In this document: positions 1 through 14,934 of the stretch, in pieces | How the letters are laid out: every line of letters starts with the position of its first letter | How positions within the stretch are numbered: position 1 is the stretch's first letter | Source: the human T2T-CHM13v2.0 reference genome, Homo sapiens | Length of the DNA stretch: 64,000 bases | Assembly: GCF_009914755.1 (NCBI RefSeq) | Contig: NC_060927.1 | Reading direction: 5' to 3' (one strand) | Notes under the pieces: model-generated | What the model was told of the DNA's origin: nothing | The model's database searches: none | What the model saw: the letters and a program-made list of their open reading frames with translations, nothing else | Program-made: the position numbers and the translations under genes

Positions 1-463
1 GCACACATATGTTTATTGCAGCACTATTCACAATAGCAAAGACTTGGAACCAACCCAAATGTCCAACAATGATAGAGTGGATTTAGAAAATATGGCACAT
101 ATACACCATGGAATACTATGCAGCCATAAAAAAGGATGAGTTCCTTGTCCTTTGTAGGGACATGGATGAAGCTGGAAACCATCATTCTTAGCAAACTATC
201 ACAAGGACAAAAAACCAAACACCGCATGTTCTCACTCATAGGTAGAAATTGAACAATGAGAACACATGGACACAGGAAGGGGAACATCACACACCAGGGC
301 CCGTTGTGGGAGGAGGGGAGTGGGGAGGGATAACATTAGGAGATATACCTAATGTTAAATGACGAGTTAATGGGTGCAGGACACCAACATGGACATGTAT
401 ACATATGTAACTAACCTGCACGTTGTGCACATGTACCCTAAAACTGAAAGTATTAAAAAAAAA
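1..463 (+). mobile_element. LINE-1 3' end (L1PA4-like), truncated by window start
   Basis: ORF2 C-terminus, G-rich 3'UTR (CCTAATGTTAAATGACGAGTTAATGGG...CCAACATGG) and A tail at 455-463. Confidence 0.93.
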
Positions 464-2542
464 TTATTCTGTGTGTTTTTTTCTCTTTTTTACTTTATAT
501 TCTAAATTTCCTTTAATTATAAAAGGTTTATTTTAAAAAAAAACGGTGATAATAAGTAAGCAAAACTGCCCACTTCCCTCCTCACGTTATCCACTAAGGA
601 ATGCCTCCAAAGAAAACACTATAGACGTGAGAGAGGAAGTGTGCATTAAGGGGGAGTCCATGCTGAGGACTAGAAGGAAATGAGGGGGCCAAGTCTTCAG
701 GCCAGGCTCAGGCTTAGTCAGCACACTCAGAGCAGATCTCTTGGGAGAAAATGGGGTGGATTCACCTGAATCAGCTTCCAGAAACTGACAAGAAATTCAC
801 ATGCCCCCCAGTTGACGATGGAATTGTTACCGCCTTTGGACAAGGATGCTTTTGTTGATATGACCAGTGTATTCTCTGATGCATTCCCAACCTGATGTTT
901 GTTCAGTTCCTGCAGAGCCAGGCAAAACTCACTCCGACTGCCTTTGGCATCCACCTCCACAGGATGGATGTACTGTCTCTATTAAAAGTGCTTGGCATGG
1001 TAACTTTGGGTTAAAGACAATTAGGTGGAAACTAGTCTTGTGAAATGGAGATCTCCATAAAACTTGAGAGGGTAGAACAAACAAGGAGCAAATATAGAGA
1101 GTCAAATCCATAAACCTTGAGGCCATTTAATTTCTAGATCAACATTTATTCTTCTATCCTATGTACCTTCTGCCCTCCTCCTTTGTAATTTCTTCAGACC
1201 CAACCTTCCAGGCCCCTCATGTAAAAATATTTCTCTGCTTTTCCTGAGATGGTCAGTGCTGGTCACCACCTTGCAATATAAGGGTCAGCTTTCCCCCGCT
1301 TTGGGTTTGTACAAGAAATCATTCATTTATCAATGTCTGTGGAGCCCCTATTATATATGTCTGAGGTCCTGGTTAGGGTAAATGTCATCACATATCCATA
1401 CAAATAACATCCATTTATCAACAAAAAAAAAGACTTTCCAACCCTCATCTCAACAGGACACCTGATATACGAATTTACTGTGTAGTTAGAACTGCCATCT
1501 TTAGCCCTTCTAATGTGGTTCTAGACCCAGACGTGGTATCATGTTGCTACTGATGAGGGCTAGTCTTAACTGATGCCCTTGAATTGAGACTGGGGTGACA
1601 TATAATGCATTCATAGAAATTAGCAATGGCTATCCTAGTCCTCAAGAGAAATTTAGATAAGCTGTATTTTGTGCATTGATATGTATCAGACTCCTGTGAC
1701 ACTGGAAGTTTTATTTTGCCTGGATAAGGTTACTGAACAAGTAGCATCTCAGTTTGAGACACTAAGATTGCCAGTGGGTGACGAGCACTGTGGACATGAG
1801 CCATCTGTGCTGTGGAGTGTGGCTAGTGTCTCCCATAGCAGTCTCTCTTGTCTGCCTGTCATTAGGTGACCTTGAGGCTGTGCAAAGTGAGTTATGCAGC
1901 CTCTCCCTGATTAAATGCATCCTGTCTCTCTCACATTGTAAAAATAATTGTGGACTTTATGTTCCACCCAGGATTATAATTCCTCAATGCCATATGTTTG
2001 TGTTGACATAAACAGTCTTCCCCGAAATTTGGCACAAGCCTGACCACGTGCTGATTGGGAACAAGACTTCTTAGAGATCGCCAAGAAATCAATTCATTCT
2101 TCAGCCTTGGTCACATAACTAAATTTGAGTTTAGTGCCCTAATATTTAGATGGGTACCTCTGTGATCTTGTTAAAGACATTTGTTTGCACGGAAAGTGCT
2201 ACACACTTTATCTATGTGTTTTACTGGACTTTGTTTTTTTTTTTTTTAAATGTCACCAGAATATATCACTTAGATCTCCAGTCTCCTTTATGTTCTAAGC
2301 TGTAGCATTTTTTCACTTTCAACATGATATTTGATGCAAGATTTTCTTATTACCTCCACTTTTGAAAAATGATATAACGTAAGAGGAAATTGCATAGGAG
2401 GTGGAGAAGCCCATCTGTAGAAATGCTGATAGCTTCATTGTACATTAGTGTTGACTCGTGAATGAAAAGGAAAAACTCAGCTCTGGAATGCCTAAGTCCT
2501 AAAGTTTTTCATACAGTAGAGCTCTGTGAAGCACCAACCCAG

Positions 2543-2695
2543 TTTTGTTTGTTTGTTTTTTGTTTTGTTTGTCTGTTTTTTGAGATGGAGTCTTGCTGTT
2601 GCTTAGGCTGGCTTTGAACTCCTGGACTCAAGCAATCATCCTGCCTCAGCCTCCTGAATAGCTGGGATATATAGACATGTGCCACTATGCTTAGC
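2543..2695 (-). mobile_element. Free left Alu monomer (FLAM-like) with (GTTT)n tail
   Basis: Single Alu monomer, reverse complement: TGAGATGGAGTCTTGCTG...GAACTCCTGGACTCAAGCAATC...GCCACTATGCTTAGC. Confidence 0.8.
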
Positions 2696-2760
2696 TTTCA
2701 AACTATATTTTTAATGAGTTTGTCCCTCTTAGGATATTCATTGTTTGGTAATTAAAACTA

Positions 2761-3114
<354 letters not shown>

Positions 3115-3494
3115 TCAAAGGAACCACCTTTTGTCATGCATTCACTGGGAGATGCAGGCAACATTTGATTTCATGGCATTTAATAGGTGATTTTAAAATG
3201 GCAATTGATTATATTTTCAAATAAACACAGCCATCACATAAATACTTTGTCACCTTTACACAGCACCAACATGATGCTTTTGTAATGAAAAATAAAGCCA
3301 GTAGGGAAAAGACTTTTACAAGATCTGTTTAAATCATTCAGTGAATACTAGTCCCTATGGTTGATACTGAAGAAGCAAAGGTGAGCACAGGAGCTCACAT
3401 GCCAATGGGGAGGCAGAAATTAGTCAAAGAATCACAGAAATCAGTGTCAAATTAACAGCTGTAACACAGGTTATGAAGGCAAAAGATCATAATG

Positions 3495-3870
3495 CTGCCT
3501 AGGTTGGGTTCTCCAAAAGCAAAGCCTGAGACAGGAGTTCGGGTACATATGACTTATTGTAAGAATGCTCTCGGGAAGAGGAGTGTCCGAATCTGAGGCA
3601 GGGGAAGGGTGTGGTCTCAGATGAATGGAGCTTCCGCCTGACCCCATGGGAGCTCTGGAGCATTAATTGTACAACAGACTTGTTCCACCTTAAGGCAGGT
3701 GGCTGGCCTTTCATAGTTGTTCCCCCATGCAAATCAGGCATTAACCAGAGTTAACCCAGGATGGGCATGGCCCTTGGGTAGAGGAACTCCCATAAGGCCA
3801 AAGGCAGTTTTCCAGAGAAGGGAGACAGCAACAGAGAAAATGAATGCAAGTTTAAGGAGCTCTGGGTGTG
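3495..3870 (-). mobile_element. Old MaLR LTR (MLT1 family) amid L2 fragments
   Basis: CCTAGGTTGGGTTCTCC...CCTGAGACA matches the reverse complement of an MLT1 3' terminus; boundaries approximate. Confidence 0.6.
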
Positions 3871-4227
3871 GCACCATCAGCATCCACTACAGATGCTAAG
3901 AGAACATATAATACAATGCTCTGCTTTCTTCAAAATCCTCCAGTGGTCTCCTGTATCACTCAGAGTCAGACCCAAATGCCTGAAAATGTCTGCAAAGATC
4001 AGGGGGATCTGGTGCCTGCTCTGACCTCATATCATAGATGCCTTTGAATCAAAATGCTCATTGCTCTATATGATATTCACTGTTGCTTTAGTTACCTTGT
4101 CCTGGCTGGATTTTCAGTTACCTTTTCTATTTAAACAGCAATGCATATTTTGGACATATTTCACATTTGATCAGTGTATGTTGAGGTACCTACTTTTATT
4201 TTCTTACATTTTTATTCAAAATATCTA

Positions 4228-4487
4228 TAAGTGCCTAGAGTAGTGAAAAATCATAAAGACAGAAAGTAGGATGGTAGTTGCCAGGGGCTGGGAGGAAGCA
4301 GGAATTGGGGAGTTATTATTTAATGGGTATAGAGTTTAGTTTTACAAGACGAAGAGAATTATGGAGATGGAGATGGTGGTGATGGTTGCGTAACAATATG
4401 AATGTCCTTCATGCCTCAGAACTATACATTTAAAAACAGTTAAGGTGGTAAATTTTATGTTGTATATATTTTACCACGATTAAAATA
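4228..4487 (+). mobile_element. L1MB-type 3' end
   Basis: GACAGAAAGTAGGATGGTAGTTGCCAGGGGCTGGG...GGTAAATTTTATGTTGTATATATTTTACCAC, typical L1M 3'UTR. Confidence 0.8.
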
Positions 4488-7400
4488 ACATAAGTGTCAT
4501 GGAATTTTGTATTAGGTTAAAGTTTGAGATGTGGCATATGACTTTTCTGGCTCCAGAGAAACCTCTTGCCTTTACCAAACATAATCAGAATCAGTGTCTG
4601 CATTTGAAATTGGCCCAGAGTTAAAGATAAATGAAAAGAGATTCTTTGAGGCCAATCTGGTTTTTTAATTTTACACAAAAACATTGCCAAATATAGTGGA
4701 CTTCCTTATCTGGGTTGTATTCTTCCCTGTTACATCTGCCTTTCTTTCTGCATTTAGGTCTGTCTCTTAGATCTCTGCTGTCTGGGCTCTTTTTACAATT
4801 TTTTAAAATACTAGTACTTCTTTTGTTATTTGATATCTATTAATTATATTCCTCCTTGCATTCTTCACCTTTTTGAGTTCTATTTTAGCATTTTGGTTTC
4901 CATTATACAGCAAATATGGGGAGGTCATCAAAATCTGGCTCTGTCAAAATAATAGCTGCCTTCTGCATTGCCTGGTACTGTGGAAGACCATTACTCCCTT
5001 TTCATGTTGTTGGGGTCTTGCTGCAGAGACTCTCAGCTGTGATTCTTCCTTTGAGATGTTTTGAGTCATTTTCATTGTCAGCCTGGCTGCTGGATTGGAA
5101 ACACTGCCAAGTTCCTGAAGAGACAATTTTATCTGACAAATTTCTTCCAATTGCAGGAACATATGTTACGTATAAGACATACAGCTAAGAGCCAATTTAA
5201 CATTGGAGGTTAGCACATATCAGCAGATGTTTGTGGAGGGCCCACTATATGTCAGTCTCTGGGGAGGCCTCAGGCACATAGGAGGAACTCAGGAAATATC
5301 AATAGGTTAAATAAAAGTGAACTGATTGGATTGGAGAACACACACACACACAAAAAAACAAACATAGTTTTAAAGAACTCAAAGTCCTAAAAGAGGAAGT
5401 GGACCTGCAAACACATGACTATAGTAAACTGTAATATGCCTCAATTTCCTCAACTATAAATTAAGGACAAACCTATCTTATTACATTTCCAAGATCATTC
5501 AATGAAACAATACATCTAAAGTGCTGAACAGAATGGCAGACAGAGCAAAGTTAGAGTCCTACTTATTATCAAGATACACCAAATGGGAAGAAAGTAATCT
5601 GCTCTGTAGAGAGTAGTAGGTGGGTAAGTTTATCCAAGTCAACTTAATATAATTGGTGACAGAGTTGAACAGGGCTTTGTGGATGTAGCCATCCTTTCAC
5701 AGTCTGTGTCAGCAAAAGCCTCTGTATGTATTGGCAGCACCATATACATGTATGTACGATGAGAAATTGGACCGCTATTTATAGGTTTGATCTTCTGATG
5801 TTGCTTGACATTTTCGTTAATGGAAAATGTCAGTTTTCCAGTTTTCTTGCCAAAGGAAATTACCAAATGAACCACTTACAAGCTACTGTTAAACATTATT
5901 TATAAATGCTCGATGACCTTGATTGTGATAAATAACAATAATTGCTAATCATTATGTTTCAGAAGCCTGAGGCCTGCCAAGCCTCTTGGGAACTACACAA
6001 AATATTTTCATAACAAATCTAGTAATTTCAGCATCATAAAATATCTAGTAGGAAAAGCTAACCGGTAAATATTATTATTCCTTAAAAACATTTTCTAGGG
6101 GAAGAAATGCCTTTTAAAAATCTCTCTCTGGTCAATTTGTTGTTGTTATTGCTTAAATCATCATCCTAATTACCATGCCTCATTTCTGCTGAAAACAGAA
6201 TTTTGAAAACACTTTCTGATTTCTAAGGCAAGACTATATCGTGGTACATTGTCAAAAAATTTCTCCAGGATTATTTACCCAGTAATGTCAAACTCATAGA
6301 TAAGAGGATATGTCAACCGCATTTTCCATAAATTTCAGTTGTGTAGAATATTACTTTTGACCTATCATAGAAAGAAAAGAATTTATTGTGATAGTAGGTG
6401 GGTATTAAGTGTTTAACCAAAGATTATAATTATTTAAAATCTAAAACAATCATAGAAACTTCTTCGGAAATCTTTTTGAAATTTACTTTTGATGAGGCTT
6501 AATCCATAACCAAATACTGTGGCCAAATATAAACTTGAAATACAGGTTTCTGATATTTGAAAATGTCGGCCTGGATTACATTTCGGCCTTTCTGTGGCCC
6601 GGTTCCTTTATCCCTGCCAGTGCCTGTGCAGTACATGGAGCACTGAGTAAAACCATCAAGTCAGGAAAAGGGGAAATACCACTGCAGCAGAGGAAAGCAA
6701 ATCTAAAACAACACAAAAGGTAATAGTTGTTTACTTGGTCAAGCTGTCTTCTTTGCGTATCAGGTATACATTCATATTATTTGCTGTATACCATAATTTA
6801 TAACCCTAAAACTTGAATAATATGAGTTACTGGTTAGAAGCACTCTTTATAACAAATTAGGTTTTGATTTTTATGCTCGACAATTTTGACCCTGATAATA
6901 TTGGTTACTAAATCCTCTCTTGGCACACTACATCACCATGATGCTTGATCTATTCTATTTACTTATTTATTCAACAAATAGCCTGCCACTGGATCCCAGG
7001 GGAGGGCTGGGGGTACAGCGGTAAGCCACACAGACAAAGCCTCTGCCCTTGTGAAATTGACATTCCAGTGGAGGAGACAGTTGACAAATGAACAAATGAA
7101 GAGATATACAAAGTCACTCATTATAGATTACAAGGGCCAGGAAGGGAATAAATAGAGCTCTAAGAAAAATAATAGTAGGGACGCATTCTTTATAAAATAC
7201 TTGAGAACATTCACCTTCATGTTACTTGATTCCTCAATATAAACACCACATGATAAATTTAATCTAAAATTAGGTGTCAGGAAATAATACCCCCTGTTAT
7301 TATTAACTAGTGAGCTTCCTTTTTTCTTTTGGAAACTGAAAATTAAATAATTTACCATATTTTCCTTTTTTGCTCTGGCTGCCAGAAAGCTTGGAAAAAA

Positions 7401-7606
7401 CTTTGGTGCCCAGTGAAAGCATTAAATTATCTCTTCTTTTAGTATATTGGTGCAGCAGATGACTGAAACATCAGCCTGGCCTCTGCTTCCCAATCTGGGG
7501 ACTGGGTTTATAAAATGGTGAGTGGTTGTGGGGCAGGCCAGGCCAACTTAGACAGACTAGGGAAAAGACTTTTCAGTCCAGGACAGAGAGGTTGTAAGGA
7601 AAGTTT

Positions 7607-9567
<1,961 letters not shown>

Positions 9568-9791
9568 TAGTGTTAGGTGGGAATTGGGCTTGAATTTTTG
9601 GTGGATATCCAAGCATTAAGGGTGACCTGAAACTCGTCATTAGAGTCAGAGCACATGTCCCCAAAGGGCCAGCCTCATTCTGGTTACACTTGGTCCCTGC
9701 TACTTTGATCTCTTTTTCTCATTTCTTCTTTTCCCAGTTTATTGATTTTGTTGTATTTTTACATTTATATATGAGAACATTATCAAACATT

Positions 9792-9894
9792 TCTCTCTGT
9801 CTCTCTCTTTCTCTCTCTCTTCCTCCCCACTCCCTCTCTGTCTCTTTCTCTCCCTCTCTCTCTCCCTCTCTCTCTCTCTCTGTCTCTTTCTCTC
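9792..9894. repeat. Imperfect (CT)n polypyrimidine microsatellite
   Basis: About 100 bp almost entirely CT/TC repeats. Confidence 0.9.
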
Positions 9895-9979
9895 AACTTC
9901 CCTAAGAGCATAAGGTGTGAAAGGCAAACAGACCTGGGTTTAAAGTCTTGCTCTGACACCTACTAGCAGTATCCTTGGA

Positions 9980-10400
9980 AGGATATTCCACAGTGGATGC
10001 TGCAGCGGTACCATGCCCATTTCCCTTTGCCAGTCCAGTGCACCCATATCCCATGGCTCTGAGTGTTGATCCCTGATGGCTCGGAGCTGCTCTTATCTCT
10101 GGAGAACTTTCCTTGATAGAGAATATAACCCCCGTGGGTAGGGGGTGGAGTGGATTCCTGCAGACATGACTTGCTAATGCAGGAGAACAAAGGCATATCT
10201 TCTTTTCTCAAGGTGGGACCAACTCTGCAGGACAAAGCATGTTCCAGAGCTCCCAGGGGGTCAGACCAAAGCAGACTGCAGCTGAGGCCATATCTCTGCT
10301 TGTCCCCTTCTTCTCTTGTATCCTGCTTCCTTTGCTCCCCTTCTTTTGAGGCTACTCTTACAATAAATCATGTTAACAAGATTCCCTGTTTCATATTCTG
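9980..10400 (+). mobile_element. Old MLT1 LTR, flanked by MIR pieces (~9905-9965 and ~13862-13960)
   Basis: 3' region AATAAATCATGTTAACAAGATTCCCTGTTTCATATTCTGCT resembles an MLT1 terminus; boundaries approximate. Confidence 0.55.
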
Positions 10401-10406
10401 CTCTTT

Positions 10407-13400
10407 ATTATTATTATTTTTTAAGTTCCGGGGTACAGGTGCAGAACATGTAGCTTTGTTACATAGGTATATGTGTGCCATGGTGGTTTGCTGCACCTAT
10501 CAACCCATCATCTAGGTTTTAAGCCCTGCATGCATTCGTTATTTGTCCTAATGCTCTCCCTCCCTTTGCCCTCTACCCCACGACTGGCCCCAGTATGTGT
10601 CATTTCTCCCCCTGTGTCCATGTGTTCTCATTATTCAGTTCCCACTTGTGAGCGAGATCATGTGGTGTTTGGTTTTCTCTTCCTGTGTTAGTTTGCTGAG
10701 GATGATGGCTTTCAGCTTCATCCATGTCCCTGCAAACGACGTGATGTCATTCCTTTTTATGGCTTCATAGTATTCCATGGTGTATATGTACCACACTTTC
10801 TTTATCCAGTTTATCATTGATGGGCATTTGGGTTGGCTCTATGTCTTTGCTATAGTAAATAGTGCTGCAATAAACATGTTTGCCTGTGTCTTTATAATAG
10901 AATGATTTGTATTCCTTTGGTTATATACCCAGTAATGAGATTGCTGGGTCAAATGGTATGTCTGGTTCTAGATCCTTGAGGAATTGCCACACTATCTTTG
11001 GCAATGGTTGAACTAATTTACATTCCCACCAACGGTGTAAAAGCATTCCTATTTATCCACAGCCTTGCCAGCATCTATTGTTTCTTGACTTGTTAATAAT
11101 TGCCATTCTGACTGGCATGGTTTTGATTTGCATTTCTTTGATGATCAGTGATGTTGGACTTTATTTCTCCTTTGCTTATGAAGCTTAGTTTTTCTGGATA
11201 TGAAATTATGGGTTGAAAATTTTTTTCTTTAAGAATGTTCAATCATGCTGCTATAAAGACACATGCACACGTATGTTTATTGTGGCACTATTCACAATAG
11301 CAAAGACTTGGAACCAAGCCAAATGTCCAACAATGATAGACTGGATTAAGAAAATGTGGCACATATACACCATGGAATACTATGTGGCCATAAAAGATGA
11401 TGAGTTCATGTCCTTTTTAGGGACATGGATGAAATTGGAAATCATCATTCTCAGTAAACTATTGCAAGAACAAAAAACCAAACACCGCATATTCTGACTC
11501 ATAGGTGGGAATTGAACAATGAGAACACATGGACACAGGAAGGGGAACATCACACTCTGGGGACTGTTGTGGGGTGGGGGAAGGGGGAAAGGATAGCATT
11601 AGGAGATATACCTAATGCTAAATGACGAGTTAATGGGTGCAGCACACCAGCATGGCACATGTATACATATGTAACTAACCTGCACATTGTGCACATGTAC
11701 CCTAAAACTTAAAGTATAATGATAAAAAAAAAAAGATTGTTGAATATTGGCCCCCACTCTCTTCTGGCTTGTGGTGTTTCTGTTGAGAGGTCTGCTGATA
11801 GTTTGATGGGCTTCCCTTTGTAGGTGACCTGGTCTTTCTCTCTGGCTACGCTTACCACTTTTTCCTTCATTTTGACCTTGGAGAATCTGATGATTATTTG
11901 GGGTTGGTCTTCTCATGGAATATCTTAGTGGTGTTCTCTGTATTTCCTGAATTTGAATGTTGCCCTGTCTTGCTAGGTTGGGGAAGTTCTCCTGGATAAT
12001 ATTCTCAAGTGTGTTTTCCAGCTCGGTTCCATTCTCTCTGTCTCTTTCAGGTACTCCAATCAATTGTAGGTTTGGTCTTTTTGCATAGTCCCATATTTCT
12101 CGGAGGTTTTGCTCATTCCTTTTCATTTCTTTTTTCTCTAATCTTGTCTGCATGCCTTATTTCAGCAAGATGGTCTTCAAATGCTGATATCCTTTCTTCT
12201 GCTTGGTTGATTTGGCTATTGATACTTGTGTATGCGTCATGAAGTTCTTGTGCTGTGTTTTTCAGCTCTATCAGGTCATTTATGTTCCTGTCTAAACTGG
12301 TTATTCTATTTAGCAGCTCCTGTAGCCCTCTATCAAGGGTTTTGGCTTCTTTGCATTGGGTTAGAACATGCTCGGTTAGCTCAGCGGAGTTTGTTATTAC
12401 CCCCCTTCTGAAGCCTATTTCTGTCAATTTGTCCATCTCATCTTCCATCCAGTTCTGCATCCTTGCTGGAGAGGCATTGTGATCATTTGGAGGAGAAGAG
12501 GCACTCTGGCCTTTTAGATTTTCAGCGTTTTTTTCGTTGATTCTTTCTCATCTTCATGAGTTTGTCTAATATTGATCTTTGTGGCTGCTGACCTTTGGGT
12601 GGGGATTTTGTGGGGACTTTTTATTGTTGATGCTATTGTTGTTGTTGCATTGTTGTTGCTTTCTGTTTGTTTTTCTTGCAGTTATCAGGTCCCTCTTCTG
12701 TAGGGCTGCTGTGGTTTGCTGGGGGTTCGCTTCAGGCCCTATTCATCTGGTTCATTCCCATGCCTGGAGATGTCACACAAGGAGCCTGGAAAACAGCAAA
12801 GATGGGTGCCTGCTCCTTCCTCTGGGATCTCTGACCTAACTGATGCCAGTAGGAACGCTCTTGTATAGCATGTCTGACAACCCCTGTTGGAAGATCTCAC
12901 CTAGTTAGGTGGCAAGGGGAGCAGAACGCATTTAACAAAGCACTTTGTCCCTTGGTGGATTGGGCGTGCTTCACTGGGGGGAAACCCACACATCTGGGCT
13001 GCCTGAATTCTTCAGAACTAGCAGGAGGAAAGAATAAGTCTACTGGTCTGCAGAGACTGCAGCCACCCCTCCCGCTAGGGCTCAGGCCCAGGGAGATCAG
13101 AGTTCTGTCCTTGAGTCCCTGGCTGAAGTTGTTGGAGTTCCTGTAGGGAGGCCCTGCCTTGATGGGTCAAGGTCAGGCCTGAAGAGGCACTCTGTCCGCA
13201 ATCTGCCACAGCCATTGTGTTGGACTGTGGGGGATACCTCTTGGGACCAAGCTGTCCAGCCTCCCCAGCTCCAGCAGGGGAAAAGCCTGGCCTGGAGCTA
13301 TAGAGATGGCTGCTGCCCTTCACCTGCCCTTAGAGCTTAGTTTGTTAGGCAGCTATCAGTCCCAGTGTTGGCTGTCACCCGTCCCCCAAGGAGTCCAAAC

Positions 13401-13848
13401 GGCTTAGACAGCAGGCAACTGCAGCTGTGGTGCTGATCACCCTCCCCCAGGAGCTCAGCAGCCTTAAGCAGATTCTAGCTTAGTGCCTGTTGAGAATCTG
13501 TATGGCTTCATTGTTGGGACCCTAGACCCCAGTGGAATGGACTCATGAGTTGGATCTTCCAAACCATGGGTTGCACAGTTCCATGGAAAAAGGACATTTT
13601 CCAGGCTGGGTAGTATGCTCATTCACTGACTCCCTTGGCTGGGAGGAGTGGACTCCTCTGCCCTGTGTAGCCACCACACCACACTACTCTTCCTTCTTCT
13701 CTGTGGATCACAGCAGCCACCTAGTCATTTCCGATGTTGGAATCTGGATACCTCAGTTGCTGGTGCAGGATTCGCATGCTGTTATGGTTCTTTTCAAGGG
13801 GAGCCTCTGATTGCCACTGCTTCTAGTCAGCCATCTTGACCCCACCCC
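10407..13848 (-). mobile_element. Older L1PA (about L1PA8-11) with both termini and a ~3.5 kb internal deletion
   Basis: 3'UTR 10407-~10640, ORF2 end joined to ORF1 at ~11160, ORF1 remnants (ORF track 11599-12460), 5'UTR to 13848; TSD T(A/G)TTCTGCTCTTT at 10394-10406 and 13849-13861. Confidence 0.9.
11244..11732 (+). mobile_element. L1PA3-like 3' fragment nested antisense in ORF1 of the older L1
   Basis: ORF2 C-terminus, 3'UTR and poly(A); degenerate TSD AAGAATGTTCAAT (11231-11243) / AAGATTGTTGAAT (11733-11745). Confidence 0.93.
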
Positions 13849-14165
13849 TGTTCTGCTCTTTGAGTCTGTGTTTTCTTATCTGAACAATAAAGATAGCTCA
13901 CTGCTCATAGAATTATTTTGAGGCTTGAGTGAAATAATGTCTATTAGGTATCTGGAAAAGTTTAAAAATCAGACATTCAAGGGCTGATACTAATTGTTGT
14001 TACATTAGGCCACAGCCCATGACTAAAGAAGTGTTGAAAAACTGAAATCCTATTGAAAGCTTTTCACAGTGTCTTGTTATTCATTCTGATTGTTCTGGTC
14101 ATCGTGGCCCAAGAGAGGATACATTCCCTTTGCCAAGTAAACATTTTTCAGTTTCTAAGTGCAGG

Positions 14166-14181
14166 GCTGCCCTCTAGTGGA
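14166..14181 (-). promoter_or_regulatory. Candidate CTCF binding site
   Basis: Reverse complement TCCACTAGAGGGCAGC matches the CTCF core CCASYAGRKGGCR fully, in apparently non-repeat DNA; motif only. Confidence 0.6.
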
Positions 14182-14247
14182 CTCTGAATGCATGTTCATT
14201 GAGGATAATAGGTAGTTTTTGCAGGCACATGGCAAACTGTATGAAAA

Positions 14248-14576
14248 CATGTCCTTTGCAGGAACATGGATGAAGCTGGAAACCATCATTCTCAGCAAAC
14301 TGTCACAAGATCAGAAAACCAAACACTGCATGTTCTCACTCATAAGTGGGAGTTGAACGAAGAACACATGGACACAGGAAGGGGAACATCACACACTGGG
14401 GCCTGTCGGGGAGTGTGGGGCTACGGGAGGGATAACATTAGGAGAAATACCTAATGTAAGTGACAGGTTGATGGGTGCAACAAACCACCAGGGCACATGT
14501 ATACCTATGTAACAAAACTGCACATTCTGTATGTGTAACCCAGAACTTAAAGTATAATAAAATAAATAAATAAAAT
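14248..14576 (+). mobile_element. L1PA7/8-like 3' fragment
   Basis: ORF2 end, 3'UTR (GGGCCTGTCGGGG...GGTTGATGGGTGC...CCCAGAACTTAAAG) and (TAAA)n tail. Confidence 0.9.
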
Positions 14577-14934
14577 ACTTGTTTAGTCAAAAAAGGAAAA
14601 TTGGTCTAAGTGTCTGCCTCGATAAGCTTCTAGTGTCCTCCAGAGACAAAACACTGCAACCTGTTGTCATCAGAGCATCTGTTCCTATTCCCTTGAGGCT
14701 TGAGGCTTAAAACCAGATGGAAATGTAGAGAGATCTCTACTCCAACTTCTCATTTCCAGAGAAAAATTCAGAATTCATAGAGGTAAAATGAGAACTGAAT
14801 TCTAATCCTGCCTTGGCTGTGACTTCCAACTCAGAAGTGTTTTTGTGTGATGTGCTGATGTCCATTTGGACATAGATTCTTTCTCTAGGAATAGTTGCCA
14901 TTTACTTAATTACAATCATTTCTAATTATTTTAC

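Noticed and set aside
727-960. 77-aa ORF in unique DNA as a coding exon
   Set aside because: No recognisable homology or convincing splice-site pair.
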